The position numbers were made by a program, and so were the translations under genes. Positions 1 to 10,408 of a stretch of 64,000 nucleotides of DNA are shown here, piece by piece; position 1 is the first letter of the stretch, and each line of letters begins with the position of its first letter. The notes beneath the pieces were generated by a model, which was given only the letters and a program-made list of their open reading frames with translations, searched no databases and had not been told where the DNA came from. The DNA lies in contig CALVFU010000004.1 in the NCBI GenBank assembly GCA_944326905.1, forward strand, positions 16,619 to 80,618. Direction: 5' to 3'. This stretch comes from Candidatus Gastranaerophilales bacterium (GTDB taxonomy: Bacteria > Cyanobacteriota > Vampirovibrionia > Gastranaerophilales > Gastranaerophilaceae).

Positions 1-2601
1 ACTGTAAATGTATATGGTGCAGGTGATTACTCTATGAGAATCTGGTTAAAGCCGGATAAGATGGCAAGTCTTGGAGTTTCTGTTGCAGATGTAAGTGCTG
101 CAATTACTGCCCAGAATGTCCAAACACCGGCTGGTAATATTGGAGTAGAGCCGACGGATACTCCTCAGATGATTAAATTTACTCTTAGAACAACAGGACG
201 TTTAAAGGACGTTGAAGAGTTTGAAAATATTATAATCAAAGCAAATACAGATGGTTCAAATATAAAAATTAAAGATATTGCCCGTGTTGAATTGGGAGCT
301 GAAAAGTATACATCAATGTCTGATGTAAATGGTGATGAGTGTTCTGTTATTATGGTAAACCAGCTGCCTGAAGCTAACGCTATTGAGCTGGTTAAAAAAA
401 TTAAGGCTAAAATTACAGAATTAAGCAAAAGTTTTCCGCCAGATTTAGTTTACTCTATTCAGTATGATCAAACAGAATTTATACAAGAGTCAATACATGA
501 AGTTATTCACGCTATTGTACTTGCTATCATATTAGTTAGTTTAGTAACATATTTGTTTCTTGGTACGGCGAGAGCTGCATTCATACCATTCTGCGCTATT
601 CCTGTATCTTTATTAGGTGTGTTTATATTTCTTGTATTATTTGGTTTTTCTATAAACTTGCTGATACTTTTCAGTTTAGTACTGGCGGTTGGTCTGGTTG
701 TAGATGATGCCATTGTAGTATTGGAAAATACTCAACGCCACATTCAGGAAGGGAAAGATCCTAAGACGGCTACTGAAATAACAATGGAGGAAGTTTTCAA
801 TGCGGTAGTTGCAACATCGTTGGTCTTGATGGCGGTATTTGTGCCTGTATCATTCATGTCCGGGATTACCGGGCAAATGTTTAGGCAATTTGCTATATGT
901 ATTGCAACTTCTATTGGTTTGTCAGCGATTGTTGCGTTGACGCTTTCTCCCGCTCTCTGTTCTATTATTCTTAAGCCTGGAGATGAGCTAAAAGAAAATA
1001 AATATATCAAAAAGTTTAATGTTTGGTTTGATGAATTAAGACAAAAATATCTTGTTATTGTTGAGTATTTTGTATATTCGCCAAAGAAAACGATTTTGGT
1101 ATTACTTGGCGTAATTTTATTTATTCTTGGGATGGCTAAAGTTATACCTACAGGATTTTTGCCTGATGAAGACAGAGGGGCTTTGATTTCGCAGATACAA
1201 TTGCCCGATGGCGCAACATTAACGAGAACAAATACAGTAGCTAGAGAGTTGGCCTCTGAATTTGCCAAAATTCCTGGTGTTGAAACTATGTTATCAATAG
1301 TTGGTTTTAATGGTGATAATACAGCTTTGCTTATTACAGATTTGGAGCCTTGGGGAAAAAGAAAATCTGCAAAGCTGCAGGTAAATAGTATCATATCTCA
1401 GATTAACCAGATTACATCAGGATATACAAAAGCTACAGTATTTACTACTCAGCCGGCGGCAATATCAGGTATGAGTATGTTTGGAGGTTTTGAATATCAG
1501 CTTTTAGATAGAGGCGACCGCTCTCCTGATGAATTGTATACGGAGGCTCAAAAGCTGATGGGCGCTGTAATGAAGTCTCCAAAATTTAAGAGTATTTATA
1601 CATCTTATACTGCGTCAATGCCGCAAAAAATTATAGAAATTGATGAAGAGAAAGCAACAGCTCAGCAAGTTGATATTTCAGAAATTTATAATACCTTGGC
1701 AGCGCAGTTTGCATCTACTTATATAAATGACTTTAATAAATTCGGACGGGTTTATCGTGTTTATATGCAGGCAGATTCTGAATACAGAACTTTACCTTCC
1801 GATTTATCAAAGATATATATCAAAAATAAAGTTGGCAGAATGGTGCCATTAACAGCAGTTATAAAAGTGAAAGATATAATTGGACCATATTCATTAACAA
1901 GGTTTAACTTATATCCTGCAATAACATTAAATGGGTCGCCTGCTGACAACGTAAGTTCTGGTCAAGCAATGGAGGAAATGCAGAAAATATCTGATGAAGT
2001 TTTGCCTCGTGATATGGGATTTGCCTGGTCTGGCACGTCATTACAAGAACAGCAGTCTGCCGGACAAATCGGACCAATTTTAACAATTGCTCTTATATTT
2101 GTTTACTTATTTTTGGTTGCGCTGTATGAGAGCTGGACATTGCCTGTAGCAGTAATGCTTATTGCTCCCGTATCAATGCTTGGTGCTTTGTTCTTCCAGT
2201 ATGTATGCGGTTTATCATTAGATATCTATGCACAAATTGGGTTAGTAATGTTAATCGGTCTGGGTACAAAACAGGCAATTCTTATTGTTGAATTTGCAAA
2301 AGATGCAATGGAAAAGGATGGATTAAATTATTATGATGCAGCTATGCAGGCAGCAAAATTAAGGTTCAGAGCTGTAATGATGACCGCAATAGCGTTCTTA
2401 CTAGGATTGCTCCCTCTTGTATTTGCAAAAGGTGCAGGTGCCGGGTCAAGACATTCTATTGGTATTTCGGTATTCGGCGGTATGCTTGCTGTTACTACGT
2501 TAGGTACAATTTTAGTTCCTGCATTTTTCTCTATGATTACTCAAATGAAACAAAATTTTTACACTTTTATCGGAAATAGAAAATCCGGAGGCAGAAAATG
2601 A
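1..2601 (+). CDS. RND (HAE1/AcrB-family) efflux permease, 5'-truncated by the window edge
   Basis: The frame of ORF 34..2601 stays open back to nt 1 (TVNVYGAGDYSMRIW...). It has AcrB-like alternation of large periplasmic segments and hydrophobic TM blocks (VVDDAIVVLEN, LVMLIGLGTKQAILIVEFA). Its stop overlaps the next start (ATGA). Confidence 0.9.
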   Translation, partial: TVNVYGAGDYSMRIWLKPDKMASLGVSVADVSAAITAQNVQTPAGNIGVEPTDTPQMIKFTLRTTGRLKDVEEFENIIIKANTDGSNIKIKDIARVELGAEKYTSMSDVNGDECSVIMVNQLPEANAIELVKKIKAKITELSKSFPPDLVYSIQYDQTEFIQESIHEVIHAIVLAIILVSLVTYLFLGTARAAFIPFCAIPVSLLGVFIFLVLFGFSINLLILFSLVLAVGLVVDDAIVVLENTQRHIQEGKDPKTATEITMEEVFNAVVATSLVLMAVFVPVSFMSGITGQMFRQFAICIATSIGLSAIVALTLSPALCSIILKPGDELKENKYIKKFNVWFDELRQKYLVIVEYFVYSPKKTILVLLGVILFILGMAKVIPTGFLPDEDRGALISQIQLPDGATLTRTNTVARELASEFAKIPGVETMLSIVGFNGDNTALLITDLEPWGKRKSAKLQVNSIISQINQITSGYTKATVFTTQPAAISGMSMFGGFEYQLLDRGDRSPDELYTEAQKLMGAVMKSPKFKSIYTSYTASMPQKIIEIDEEKATAQQVDISEIYNTLAAQFASTYINDFNKFGRVYRVYMQADSEYRTLPSDLSKIYIKNKVGRMVPLTAVIKVKDIIGPYSLTRFNLYPAITLNGSPADNVSSGQAMEEMQKISDEVLPRDMGFAWSGTSLQEQQSAGQIGPILTIALIFVYLFLVALYESWTLPVAVMLIAPVSMLGALFFQYVCGLSLDIYAQIGLVMLIGLGTKQAILIVEFAKDAMEKDGLNYYDAAMQAAKLRFRAVMMTAIAFLLGLLPLVFAKGAGAGSRHSIGISVFGGMLAVTTLGTILVPAFFSMITQMKQNFYTFIGNRKSGGRK

Positions 2602-4097
2602 AAAGAATAGCAGCCTTATTTTTCTTAACCGTATTTTCTTTTGCACAAACACCTGTTTTTGCGAATATAATACCAAAGATTGAATTAGGCAATATAATAG
2701 TAGAAGATGAATATCCTGATAGTACTCAAGTTGAACCTATTATTCCTTCATGTAATGAAAATATGGTAATAGAGGGCTCAGTTGAGGCTACTCCAGAAGA
2801 GGAAGATATTCCTGATTTAGGGCTTGAAGATTGTTTAAGAATAGCGCTGGGTAATAATCCTAGGATTCAGTCTGCTATGCAGGATATTTTAGCTTCTGAT
2901 GCCCGTATTCGTCAGGCTTGGTCTAACTATTTTCCTACATTCAGCTGGCAGACTGGTTATACAAGAATAAAACAGCTTCAATTATCTGATGCGATTGGGC
3001 GTAATCTTATTTTTAATTATTTTGTTCTTGGACAAATAACAGCAAGTCAAATGTTGTATGACTTTGGCGTTACCCAAAATCAGGTTACCATCCAAAAGAT
3101 TGATAATAAAATCTACAAAATGAATTTGTCCGAGATTATAAATGATGTTGTTTATCAGGTAAAGGATGCATATTACCAGCTGCTTTACGCTCAGGAAAAC
3201 AGAAATGTAGCGCTTGATATGGTTGATAAATATACATTGTTTTATAATCAGGCAAAATCTTATTATGAATCAGGAATTAGTCCCAAAGTTGATGTTACGA
3301 TAGCTGAGGTTAATTTAAGCAATTCTAAATTAACTCTGATTCAGGCTGATAATGCAGTTGATGTTGCAATTGCTAAATTGAATAATATAATGGGGATACC
3401 ATACGCAAGTAAATATTCTCTTTCTGACAGACTTACATATAACGCAATGGATATTACATTAGAGCAGGCAGAATGTATAGCAAAAGAAGCACGCCCTGAA
3501 TATAAGATGGCAGACTTACGTGTTGAGAACGCGTTACAGAATGTAAAATTAATAAAAAAATCCTGGGCGCCGCAAATCACAGTAGAAGGACAGTTCCAAG
3601 TGGGCGGCAGAACTTTTGTTAATAATTATGGTTATAACTTTGGCGGATACCTGAATTTTCCGACTATTAACGGGATGTTATTGAAGAATCAGATTAAAGA
3701 AGCAAAATCTCTTCATTCAAAACAAATAGCCGAAGCATTAAATACAAAAAACAATATTTACTTGGAGATTCAACAAGCATATTATAATTTGACAGAACGA
3801 AAAAATCAGATACCTGTTGCAACTCTTGGGGTAAAGCAAGCAAAGGAAAACTATGAATTATCATTTGGGAGGTATAAGGTTGGGGTTGGTTCTCCGACAG
3901 AATTGAAGGACGCACAAGTTGCTTACCAGAATGCAATGCTAAGTTATTTAAATTCCCTTTATCAGTATAATTCGGCGCTTGCTTACTTGGAAAAATCTGT
4001 AGGTAAGAATTTAAATTCGTGTGAAATTAAGTTAGAAAAAGAGGTAGTTCTGCCTGAAGGAAAGCATGCTAATAAAGAAAAGGCAAAAAATAAATAA
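2598..4097 (+). CDS. Outer-membrane efflux channel, TolC/OMF family
   Basis: N-terminal signal peptide (MKRIAALFFLTVFSFAQTPVFA). 499 aa with two tandem OEP-like coiled-coil/beta repeats (LEDCLRIALGNNPRIQ..., AYYNLTERKNQI...). Translationally coupled to the RND gene. Confidence 0.8.
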   Translation: MKRIAALFFLTVFSFAQTPVFANIIPKIELGNIIVEDEYPDSTQVEPIIPSCNENMVIEGSVEATPEEEDIPDLGLEDCLRIALGNNPRIQSAMQDILASDARIRQAWSNYFPTFSWQTGYTRIKQLQLSDAIGRNLIFNYFVLGQITASQMLYDFGVTQNQVTIQKIDNKIYKMNLSEIINDVVYQVKDAYYQLLYAQENRNVALDMVDKYTLFYNQAKSYYESGISPKVDVTIAEVNLSNSKLTLIQADNAVDVAIAKLNNIMGIPYASKYSLSDRLTYNAMDITLEQAECIAKEARPEYKMADLRVENALQNVKLIKKSWAPQITVEGQFQVGGRTFVNNYGYNFGGYLNFPTINGMLLKNQIKEAKSLHSKQIAEALNTKNNIYLEIQQAYYNLTERKNQIPVATLGVKQAKENYELSFGRYKVGVGSPTELKDAQVAYQNAMLSYLNSLYQYNSALAYLEKSVGKNLNSCEIKLEKEVVLPEGKHANKEKAKNK

Positions 4098-4098
4098 T

Positions 4099-5694
4099 TT
4101 AAAAGGCGATGTCCTCTGTTTTTATTATGTCTTTTGCCAGCGTATTGTTAAAACTTTCTTCCGAAAGTGTACCTTTAGGATTGATAAAAATGTATCCTTT
4201 GATGACTTCTAAATTTCCTGTATCAGAAAAAAGATAATCCGCTATATCTAAATCTCCGCCAATTTCTTTTAGCTTGCCGAGAGAGTAAACCCCAGCACCA
4301 ATGTAAGTGTCACCTCCAATACTTTCTAAATTGCCTAATGATAGTGAATTGACTGTAAAATTTACATCTCTTCCTATAGATTTTAATTTGCCGAGGGAGG
4401 TTGTGGCAGGATTTAAGTAGAGTGATTTACCAATTTTTTCAATATTGTGTAGGTCTGTAATTAAGGATTTTTCAAAATATGCGCTTCCGCCAATTTCTTT
4501 TAGCGAAGGGATATCTTTTACCATAGAATTATTAAAAATTACATCTCCTTCTACTTTTTCAAGTCCTCCAGTTGATGATATGCATGAATTACACAGATCT
4601 AAATCTCCGCCTATATATTTAACTGCACCAAGATTTACAGCTTTGGAATCCTCAAAATGTGCATTAGTACGGATTTCCTTAACCACCGCTAAAAGACTGT
4701 TTTCGTCAATTCCTAAATCGGAAAAAGAAAAATTCTCAGATGGCTGCCTATATTCTTCGATACTAAGTGAGCCATCTTTTAATTTTTGAGGGTTATATCC
4801 AAGCAGAAAAAATATTTCTTCGGCGTTGTTATTTTTAATAGCGGAATTTAATTGGTCTTTAATTTCCATAAGAAATTTGAATTTGTTTTGTGCTTCTTTA
4901 TATTTGAATGCAGCAGTTCCTGCTAAGTTAAAATGATTATTCTGTATGTAGCTGTTAATTTCATTGAAACACTGGTAATCAATAATTGAATTATTATTTT
5001 CATTTTGAATTTCAATAATAGAGTTTCCTTCAAATTTAAGACAGTATTTTGCTTGTCCGTTTTTTAGATAGAGGTGAAAATCTCCGGCTGAAAGGTAAGA
5101 TTCTGCTCGAGGGCCTTTTGTACACCAAGTTTTAGCGGATAATAACTTTAATTTTTGGAGATTTGTTTCAAAATCATTTGGCGCGTTGAACTGTGACGGA
5201 ATGATTATCCAGCCTGTTTTTGTTTCTTCATTATTTAAAAGTTGTTTTTTTAAAGTATCTGTATACAGCTTGTTAAAATCAAATTGATAATCTTTATCAT
5301 GTTCTAAGTTTGTTTCTAAATGTTTGATTGTTTCCTTGATAGATGTTTCACTAATTATAGGCGGAATTTTATCGGTAGTATTTTTTAAGTCTTTAGTGAT
5401 TGCTGAGAGAATAATAAGGCATATAGAAGGGATAGAGATATTTTTTAAAAGAAAAGCTGTCCATTCTTCTATCATTCCATATCTTTGGATTGTTATTTCG
5501 TCGTCTCTTGCTCGCCAGTTTTGGTTATGAACCCTGGTAAATCTATCCAAAGCCCATTTATTAAAATCACTTATAGAGTTAAATTTTTCAACAGGAGCTT
5601 TGAATTTTCTAATGCATGCATAATCAAACCCTTTGAATTGATTAGGTTTCATTGATGTAAAAGATAAAGGCGTACTGTAGGATTGAATATTCAT
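4099..5694 (-). CDS. Hypothetical protein with C-terminal BspA-type leucine-rich repeats
   Basis: 531-aa ORF with no signal peptide. The C-terminal ~140 aa form about 7 tandem 19-21-aa units of pattern L(K/E)xIGGDxxF....L(G). The N-terminal two thirds are unrecognised. Confidence 0.6.
   Translation of the reverse strand: MNIQSYSTPLSFTSMKPNQFKGFDYACIRKFKAPVEKFNSISDFNKWALDRFTRVHNQNWRARDDEITIQRYGMIEEWTAFLLKNISIPSICLIILSAITKDLKNTTDKIPPIISETSIKETIKHLETNLEHDKDYQFDFNKLYTDTLKKQLLNNEETKTGWIIIPSQFNAPNDFETNLQKLKLLSAKTWCTKGPRAESYLSAGDFHLYLKNGQAKYCLKFEGNSIIEIQNENNNSIIDYQCFNEINSYIQNNHFNLAGTAAFKYKEAQNKFKFLMEIKDQLNSAIKNNNAEEIFFLLGYNPQKLKDGSLSIEEYRQPSENFSFSDLGIDENSLLAVVKEIRTNAHFEDSKAVNLGAVKYIGGDLDLCNSCISSTGGLEKVEGDVIFNNSMVKDIPSLKEIGGSAYFEKSLITDLHNIEKIGKSLYLNPATTSLGKLKSIGRDVNFTVNSLSLGNLESIGGDTYIGAGVYSLGKLKEIGGDLDIADYLFSDTGNLEVIKGYIFINPKGTLSEESFNNTLAKDIIKTEDIAF
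4180..4590 (-). repeat. Coding tandem repeat (about 60-bp periodicity) encoding the LRR units
   Basis: Successive peptide units LEKVEGDVIF / LKEIGGSAYF / IEKIGKSLYL / LKSIGRDVNF / LESIGGDTYI / LKEIGGDLDI / LEVIKGYIFI. Confidence 0.6.
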
Positions 5695-5750
5695 ATTTAA
5701 GATAAAGTTGGTAAACCCAAAAAATTGTTAAAATATTAACAATTGTAAAT

Positions 5751-6521
5751 TTATGCAGGAATTGAATTAATAGCTTTTAGAGATTTAAAGTCTTTAGGCG
5801 AGTGTGATTGAATGTGTTTATTAAGGAGATTAAAGCATACATCAAGGACTTTATCAGTAGCTTTTCTGTCATAGTCGCTTTGATAATCAAAATCAAATTG
5901 GAGCATAGCTTGTAGGAAGTCTCTTATTTTATAATTTAGTTTCAAATTAACGTTAAGAGGTTTTCTGCAATTTTTACAGATTACGCCACCCATAGGGAGG
6001 GATAAGAACATATCTTCTGCAAGAATTTGTTCTCCGCAGCAGAGACAGGAATCCAGTTCTAGCGAAAAACCTTCGATCAACATCATTTTTAACTGGAACT
6101 TGATAACGGCAATTAAAATTTCACGCTTATCATGAGCCGCATCTATACGGTTTAGACCTTTGTAGAGCAGGTTGTAAATTTCTTTGCTTGAAGGATCATC
6201 TTCTACGCCAAAATTTGTTACAATTTCTGTGAGGTAAGAAGAATATACCAGTTTATCAATGTTTTTTCTTGTATTTTTAAACATGTTTAATGATTGTGCC
6301 TGGCAGATTCTATCAATGCTTTTACATTTAAGCATAGTAAGATTGTTAGCTGCAAGCAAATCCATTCTTGCGCCAAGTTTGCTTTTAGGTTTTTTAAGAC
6401 CTTTGGCGACGCCTTTTAAAAGTCCTTTATCTTTTGAATATAACACTATTATCTTATCAGCTTCACTGAGGTTGTAGGATTTTAGATTAATAGCATCAGT
6501 GACATAGTTATAATTATTCAT
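5751..6521 (-). CDS. recO: DNA repair protein RecO
   Basis: 256 aa. N-terminal OB-fold-like region (AINLKSYNLSEADKIIVLYSKDKG) and a zinc finger CxxC...CxxC (CLCCGEQ ... CKNCRK). Overlaps the pilT stop by 8 nt. Confidence 0.85.
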   Translation of the reverse strand: MNNYNYVTDAINLKSYNLSEADKIIVLYSKDKGLLKGVAKGLKKPKSKLGARMDLLAANNLTMLKCKSIDRICQAQSLNMFKNTRKNIDKLVYSSYLTEIVTNFGVEDDPSSKEIYNLLYKGLNRIDAAHDKREILIAVIKFQLKMMLIEGFSLELDSCLCCGEQILAEDMFLSLPMGGVICKNCRKPLNVNLKLNYKIRDFLQAMLQFDFDYQSDYDRKATDKVLDVCFNLLNKHIQSHSPKDFKSLKAINSIPA

Positions 6522-7611
6522 AGTAGTTTTTTGTTCCTGTAAATGCGCCTTTAAGCATTTTAACTAGTTCGTTTTCATCTTCTGATACTGCACAGGCTTC
6601 TTCTTCAGAGAGTTTACCGTCATTAACAAGAGTCATAAGAGAGGTATTCAGTGTCATCATTTCATTATAAGCTCCTTCTTTAAGGCAGTTGTAGATTTCA
6701 TCCATATTATCTTTTGTTATATAGTCCTGTATTGTCGGAGTTACGACCATTACTTCGCAGGCAGGGAAGCGTTTTTGCTTAGAGGCGGAATAAACCAGTT
6801 TTTGCGCGATAGTTCCGCGCAGAGTGTCTGCGACTTGTTTCCTTATGACATCTTTAGAAGCGTGTTCGCACATATTAACAATGCGGTTAATAGTTTGGAT
6901 AGCATCATTAGTATGAAGAGTTGCAAACACTAGGTGCCCAGTTTCAGCGGCTTTAAGGGCGGCAATCATGGTTTCTTCGTCTCTGATTTCTCCGATTAGT
7001 ATAATGTCCGGGTCTTGCCTTAAAACATATTTAAGCCCTGAAGGGAAGCTTGGAGTATCAAAACCGATTTGGCGCTGGGATACGATGCTTTTTTTGTTAG
7101 CAAAAACAAATTCTATAGGATCTTCGAGAGTGACAATGTGTTTTGGGTAGTTAGCATTAATAATATCTATTAGAGAGGCGAGTGTAGAGGATTTGCCGCA
7201 GCCGGTGGGTCCTGTAACTAGGACTATTCCGTTGTTAAGCTTTGAAAATTGTTTAACGGCTTGAGGCAGCTCTAAATCTTCAATTGTAGGAATGGAATAA
7301 GGGATGTTTCTCAGCACAAGTGCAGGTTTTGCGAGCTGGTGGCTGAAATTTACACGAAATCTAGAGCAACCTTTAAGTTCAAATAAAAAGTCCATATCAC
7401 AAGCGGAGTAAATAGATTCTTTGAGAAAATCCGGAATAATAATAGATAAAGCGTCCTTAAGGTCTTCTGTTGTCAGGCATGGAGCGTTGACTTTCCAGAT
7501 AACCCCGTCCTTTCTAAGGTATGGGGGGTGCCCTACACGAAGATGTTCATCAGATGCGCCCATAGCAACTGCTTTTTTTAGAAAGTTTACAATATTAAAT
7601 TTTTCATCCAT
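6514..7611 (-). CDS. pilT: Type IV pilus retraction ATPase, PilT/PilU family
   Basis: 365 aa. Walker A GPTGCGKSST, Asp box/Walker B DIILIGEIRD, His box ATLHTNDA. No long GspE-type N-terminal domain. Confidence 0.85.
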   Translation of the reverse strand: MDEKFNIVNFLKKAVAMGASDEHLRVGHPPYLRKDGVIWKVNAPCLTTEDLKDALSIIIPDFLKESIYSACDMDFLFELKGCSRFRVNFSHQLAKPALVLRNIPYSIPTIEDLELPQAVKQFSKLNNGIVLVTGPTGCGKSSTLASLIDIINANYPKHIVTLEDPIEFVFANKKSIVSQRQIGFDTPSFPSGLKYVLRQDPDIILIGEIRDEETMIAALKAAETGHLVFATLHTNDAIQTINRIVNMCEHASKDVIRKQVADTLRGTIAQKLVYSASKQKRFPACEVMVVTPTIQDYITKDNMDEIYNCLKEGAYNEMMTLNTSLMTLVNDGKLSEEEACAVSEDENELVKMLKGAFTGTKNYYE

Positions 7612-7759
7612 ACTCTGCTACCCTCTTATAATCTCCAGATGATATTATAACAAATCAATACAAGTGTGTCTATAAGGGGTCGCTGAAAAAACAAAAACGT
7701 CCTTGTTCTGTTTTTAACTTCTTCATAGCAGTAAAAATGACGTGATTTTTATTCGACCA

Positions 7760-7787
7760 TTGACAAACCCCTTTGAGAAGGTATTAT
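7760..7787 (+). promoter_or_regulatory. Candidate sigma70-type promoter upstream of tuf
   Basis: TTGACA, 16-nt spacer, TATTAT about 65 nt upstream of the tuf ATG. A second perfect TATAAT lies at about 7822. AAGGAG RBS at about 7836. Confidence 0.35.
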
Positions 7788-7850
7788 ATTACTATAACTT
7801 AATGTAAGTAAGTTAACGTAGTATAATGAAGAGTAAAGGAGATTAATCTC

Positions 7851-9059
7851 ATGGCACGTGAAAAGTATGAACGAACCAAACCGCACGTTAACATTGGTAC
7901 AATCGGCCACGTTGACCACGGTAAAACAACATTGACAGCAGCTATTACTGGCGTTATGGCTGCGGCAGGTAAAGCTCAAGCGAAGAAATTTGATGAAATT
8001 GATGCTGCTCCTGAAGAAAAAGCTAGAGGTATAACCATTTCTACCGCTCACGTAGAATATGAAACAGATGCAAGACACTATGCACACGTTGACTGCCCGG
8101 GACACGCAGATTATGTTAAAAACATGATTACTGGTGCCGCTCAAATGGATGGTGCAATTCTTGTTGTTGCTGCAACCGATGGTGCAATGCCTCAAACTCG
8201 TGAACACATCCTTCTTGCAAGACAAGTTGGTGTTCCTAACTTAGTTGTATTCTTGAATAAATGCGATATGGTTGATGATCCGGAATTGTTAGAACTCGTT
8301 GAAATGGAAGTAAGAGAACTTCTTTCTTCTTACGAGTTTGATGGTGATAATATTCCGTTTATCCACGGTTCTGCATTAAAAGCTTTAGAAGCTGTTCAAG
8401 CAAATCCGAAGGTACAACGCGGTGAAGATAAATGGGTAGACAAGATTTGGGAATTGATGGATGCTGTTGATTCTTACTTCCCAACTCCTGTTCGTGACCT
8501 TGATAAGCCATTCTTAATGCCTGTTGAAGACGTATTCTCTATTACAGGTCGTGGTACTGTTGCTACAGGTAGAGTAGAACGCGGTGTAGTTAAAGTTGGT
8601 GATGAAGTTGAATTGGTTGGTTTAGGTGAAACTAAGAAGACAACTGTTACTGGTGTTGAAATGTTCAGAAAATCTCTTGACCAAGGTCAAGCTGGTGATA
8701 ACATTGGTGCGTTGCTTCGTGGTATTGATAAGACTGAAATTCAACGCGGTCAAGTTCTTGCTAAACCTGGAACAATCCATCCGCACACTAAATTTACTGC
8801 TAACGTTTACGTCTTAACAAAAGAAGAAGGCGGTCGTCACACTCCATTCTTCCCAGGTTACAGACCTCAATTCTATATCAGAACAACTGACGTTACCGGT
8901 TCTATCAAGTTTGATGGTGAAATGGTAATGCCTGGTGATAACGTTGTAATGGAAGTTGAACTCATTGCTCCGGTTGCTATCGAAGAAGGTATGAGATTCG
9001 CTATCCGTGAAGGCGGTAGAACAGTTGGTGCTGGTGTTGTTGACAAGATTATTGCTTAG
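7851..9059 (+). CDS. tuf: Translation elongation factor Tu
   Basis: [17 protein letters not shown] and NKCD G-motifs. Near full-length identity pattern to EF-Tu, including the cyanobacterial-type segment [29 protein letters not shown]. Confidence 0.98.
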   Translation: MAREKYERTKPHVNIGTIGHVDHGKTTLTAAITGVMAAAGKAQAKKFDEIDAAPEEKARGITISTAHVEYETDARHYAHVDCPGHADYVKNMITGAAQMDGAILVVAATDGAMPQTREHILLARQVGVPNLVVFLNKCDMVDDPELLELVEMEVRELLSSYEFDGDNIPFIHGSALKALEAVQANPKVQRGEDKWVDKIWELMDAVDSYFPTPVRDLDKPFLMPVEDVFSITGRGTVATGRVERGVVKVGDEVELVGLGETKKTTVTGVEMFRKSLDQGQAGDNIGALLRGIDKTEIQRGQVLAKPGTIHPHTKFTANVYVLTKEEGGRHTPFFPGYRPQFYIRTTDVTGSIKFDGEMVMPGDNVVMEVELIAPVAIEEGMRFAIREGGRTVGAGVVDKIIA

Positions 9060-9078
9060 TAGTTTTGTTTAATACATA

Positions 9079-9111
9079 AAAAGCAGGTTGGTTTTCCAAT
9101 CTGCTTTTTTT
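9079..9111 (+). terminator. Intrinsic terminator of tuf
   Basis: AAGCAG-(14 nt)-CTGCTT hairpin followed by a T-run. Confidence 0.7.
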
Positions 9112-9202
9112 ATATTAAGATATGTAACAATTATATACTTTTTATATACAAAATTGTCAATTTTCTTTACATTTCTAACTTATATTATATAAGAGGATTA
9201 TT

Positions 9203-9709
9203 ATGAGCAATATTAATTTTAATCTGAATAATGGAAAAGAAGATTTTACTTCGCTAAAGGAGGCTATCTTTAGACGAGCAAGAGAAAAAGCAGAAGCTCT
9301 TAATAATGAAGTAAAGGATAGTTACACTAATGATGTAAAAGCAGATATTATGGAGAGTGCAAGAATTAGTGTGCGTAATAATCCTTTTCTAAATCTCTTA
9401 AATGATAAAATTAATAATGTAGAATCTCCGTCAACAAAAGAAATTGAGAAGCCGGAAATTTCACATTCAAGTGGTATTGAATATAAAAAAACAAGGGTAA
9501 AACAATATCCTTCTAAAATAAATAATCAGCTTTATACTGCGGCTGTTCGTGAAGGAACAATGCGTGAAGCAAGCGAATCTTTAAGGCAAAATCAAAATGT
9601 GCTAAACAGTTTAAAATTTTTAAATACCCAAGCTGCAATAGCTTTAAATAAACCTTTTATAAATAGAGAGATAGAAACGTTAGCACGAGAAATTACATTT
9701 GGAGTATGA
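9203..9709 (+). CDS. Hypothetical protein (168 aa)
   Basis: ORF with an AGAGGA RBS. N/K/E-rich with no recognisable domain. Confidence 0.5.
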   Translation: MSNINFNLNNGKEDFTSLKEAIFRRAREKAEALNNEVKDSYTNDVKADIMESARISVRNNPFLNLLNDKINNVESPSTKEIEKPEISHSSGIEYKKTRVKQYPSKINNQLYTAAVREGTMREASESLRQNQNVLNSLKFLNTQAAIALNKPFINREIETLAREITFGV

Positions 9710-9710
9710 G

Positions 9711-10298
9711 TTAATCTTCAAGCGGCAGATGTGTCATATGTATTGGTGCTGTGAGTACAATGAGTAAATCGGTGCCTGATGCCACAGTTACATGTTCACC
9801 CATTTTACGTGTCGGTCCTGGGCGATATTGGATAACTCCCATAAAATGACGTACTATTCCTTTATGATAATGCGGTACTTTTATGTAGGTTTCAGGCTCT
9901 GTTAATCCGCCGCCAAACAGGTTATTGTTTGCGGTGTATAAGTATCCTTTAACAGGCAGTTTAAAGCCGTCAGGAAGTATCATTGAATTAATGAATATTT
10001 TCATTGATGCGTGGGTACCTATTATTGGTTCGTTTTTCTTTTCAATGTAACCGCTGAATTTTGTTCCGCTCGGGATTATTTTATGTTCATACAGATAAAT
10101 ATCGTTTGTTGATACAAAATTCAGGGTATCTGTTTCATCGTTATATGCGGTAGAAAATTCCTGCAGACTTATAACAGGAATGAAGCTTCCGCTTGGAATG
10201 TCAAACTCGTCGTAATCTTTGATATCTGGAGCCGCCAATGCCGGGATAAGTATAAAAATAAAAAGTATAACAAATGTTAAGATTTTTTTTATAACCAT
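9711..10298 (-). CDS. Hypothetical secreted protein (195 aa)
   Basis: Clear signal peptide (KKILTFVILFIFILIPALAAP). No recognised domain. Confidence 0.55.
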   Translation of the reverse strand: MVIKKILTFVILFIFILIPALAAPDIKDYDEFDIPSGSFIPVISLQEFSTAYNDETDTLNFVSTNDIYLYEHKIIPSGTKFSGYIEKKNEPIIGTHASMKIFINSMILPDGFKLPVKGYLYTANNNLFGGGLTEPETYIKVPHYHKGIVRHFMGVIQYRPGPTRKMGEHVTVASGTDLLIVLTAPIHMTHLPLED

Positions 10299-10408
10299 AT
10301 TTTATATTATAATAATCAAGTGTGGATTAAGCAAGTAAAATGGAGTAATAATGTACTGTACTTGACAATATTTACTTTTAACGCGAAAATCAAATAAGAG
10401 GATTATTG

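Noticed and set aside
4180-4590. About 60-bp periodic DNA repeat, considered as a possible CRISPR-like or satellite array.
   Set aside because: The periodicity is in-frame within a long ORF and encodes LRR units. The units are divergent at the DNA level and have no spacer/repeat alternation.
7749-8225. 158-aa ORF antisense to the 5' part of tuf.
   Set aside because: It lies entirely within and opposite a near-perfect EF-Tu gene. It is Cys/Ser/Asn-rich and looks like a typical shadow ORF.
10299-10408. Looked for a glycine riboswitch upstream of gcvT.
   Set aside because: The spacer is only ~107 nt and extremely AT-rich, with none of the conserved glycine-aptamer core sequences.
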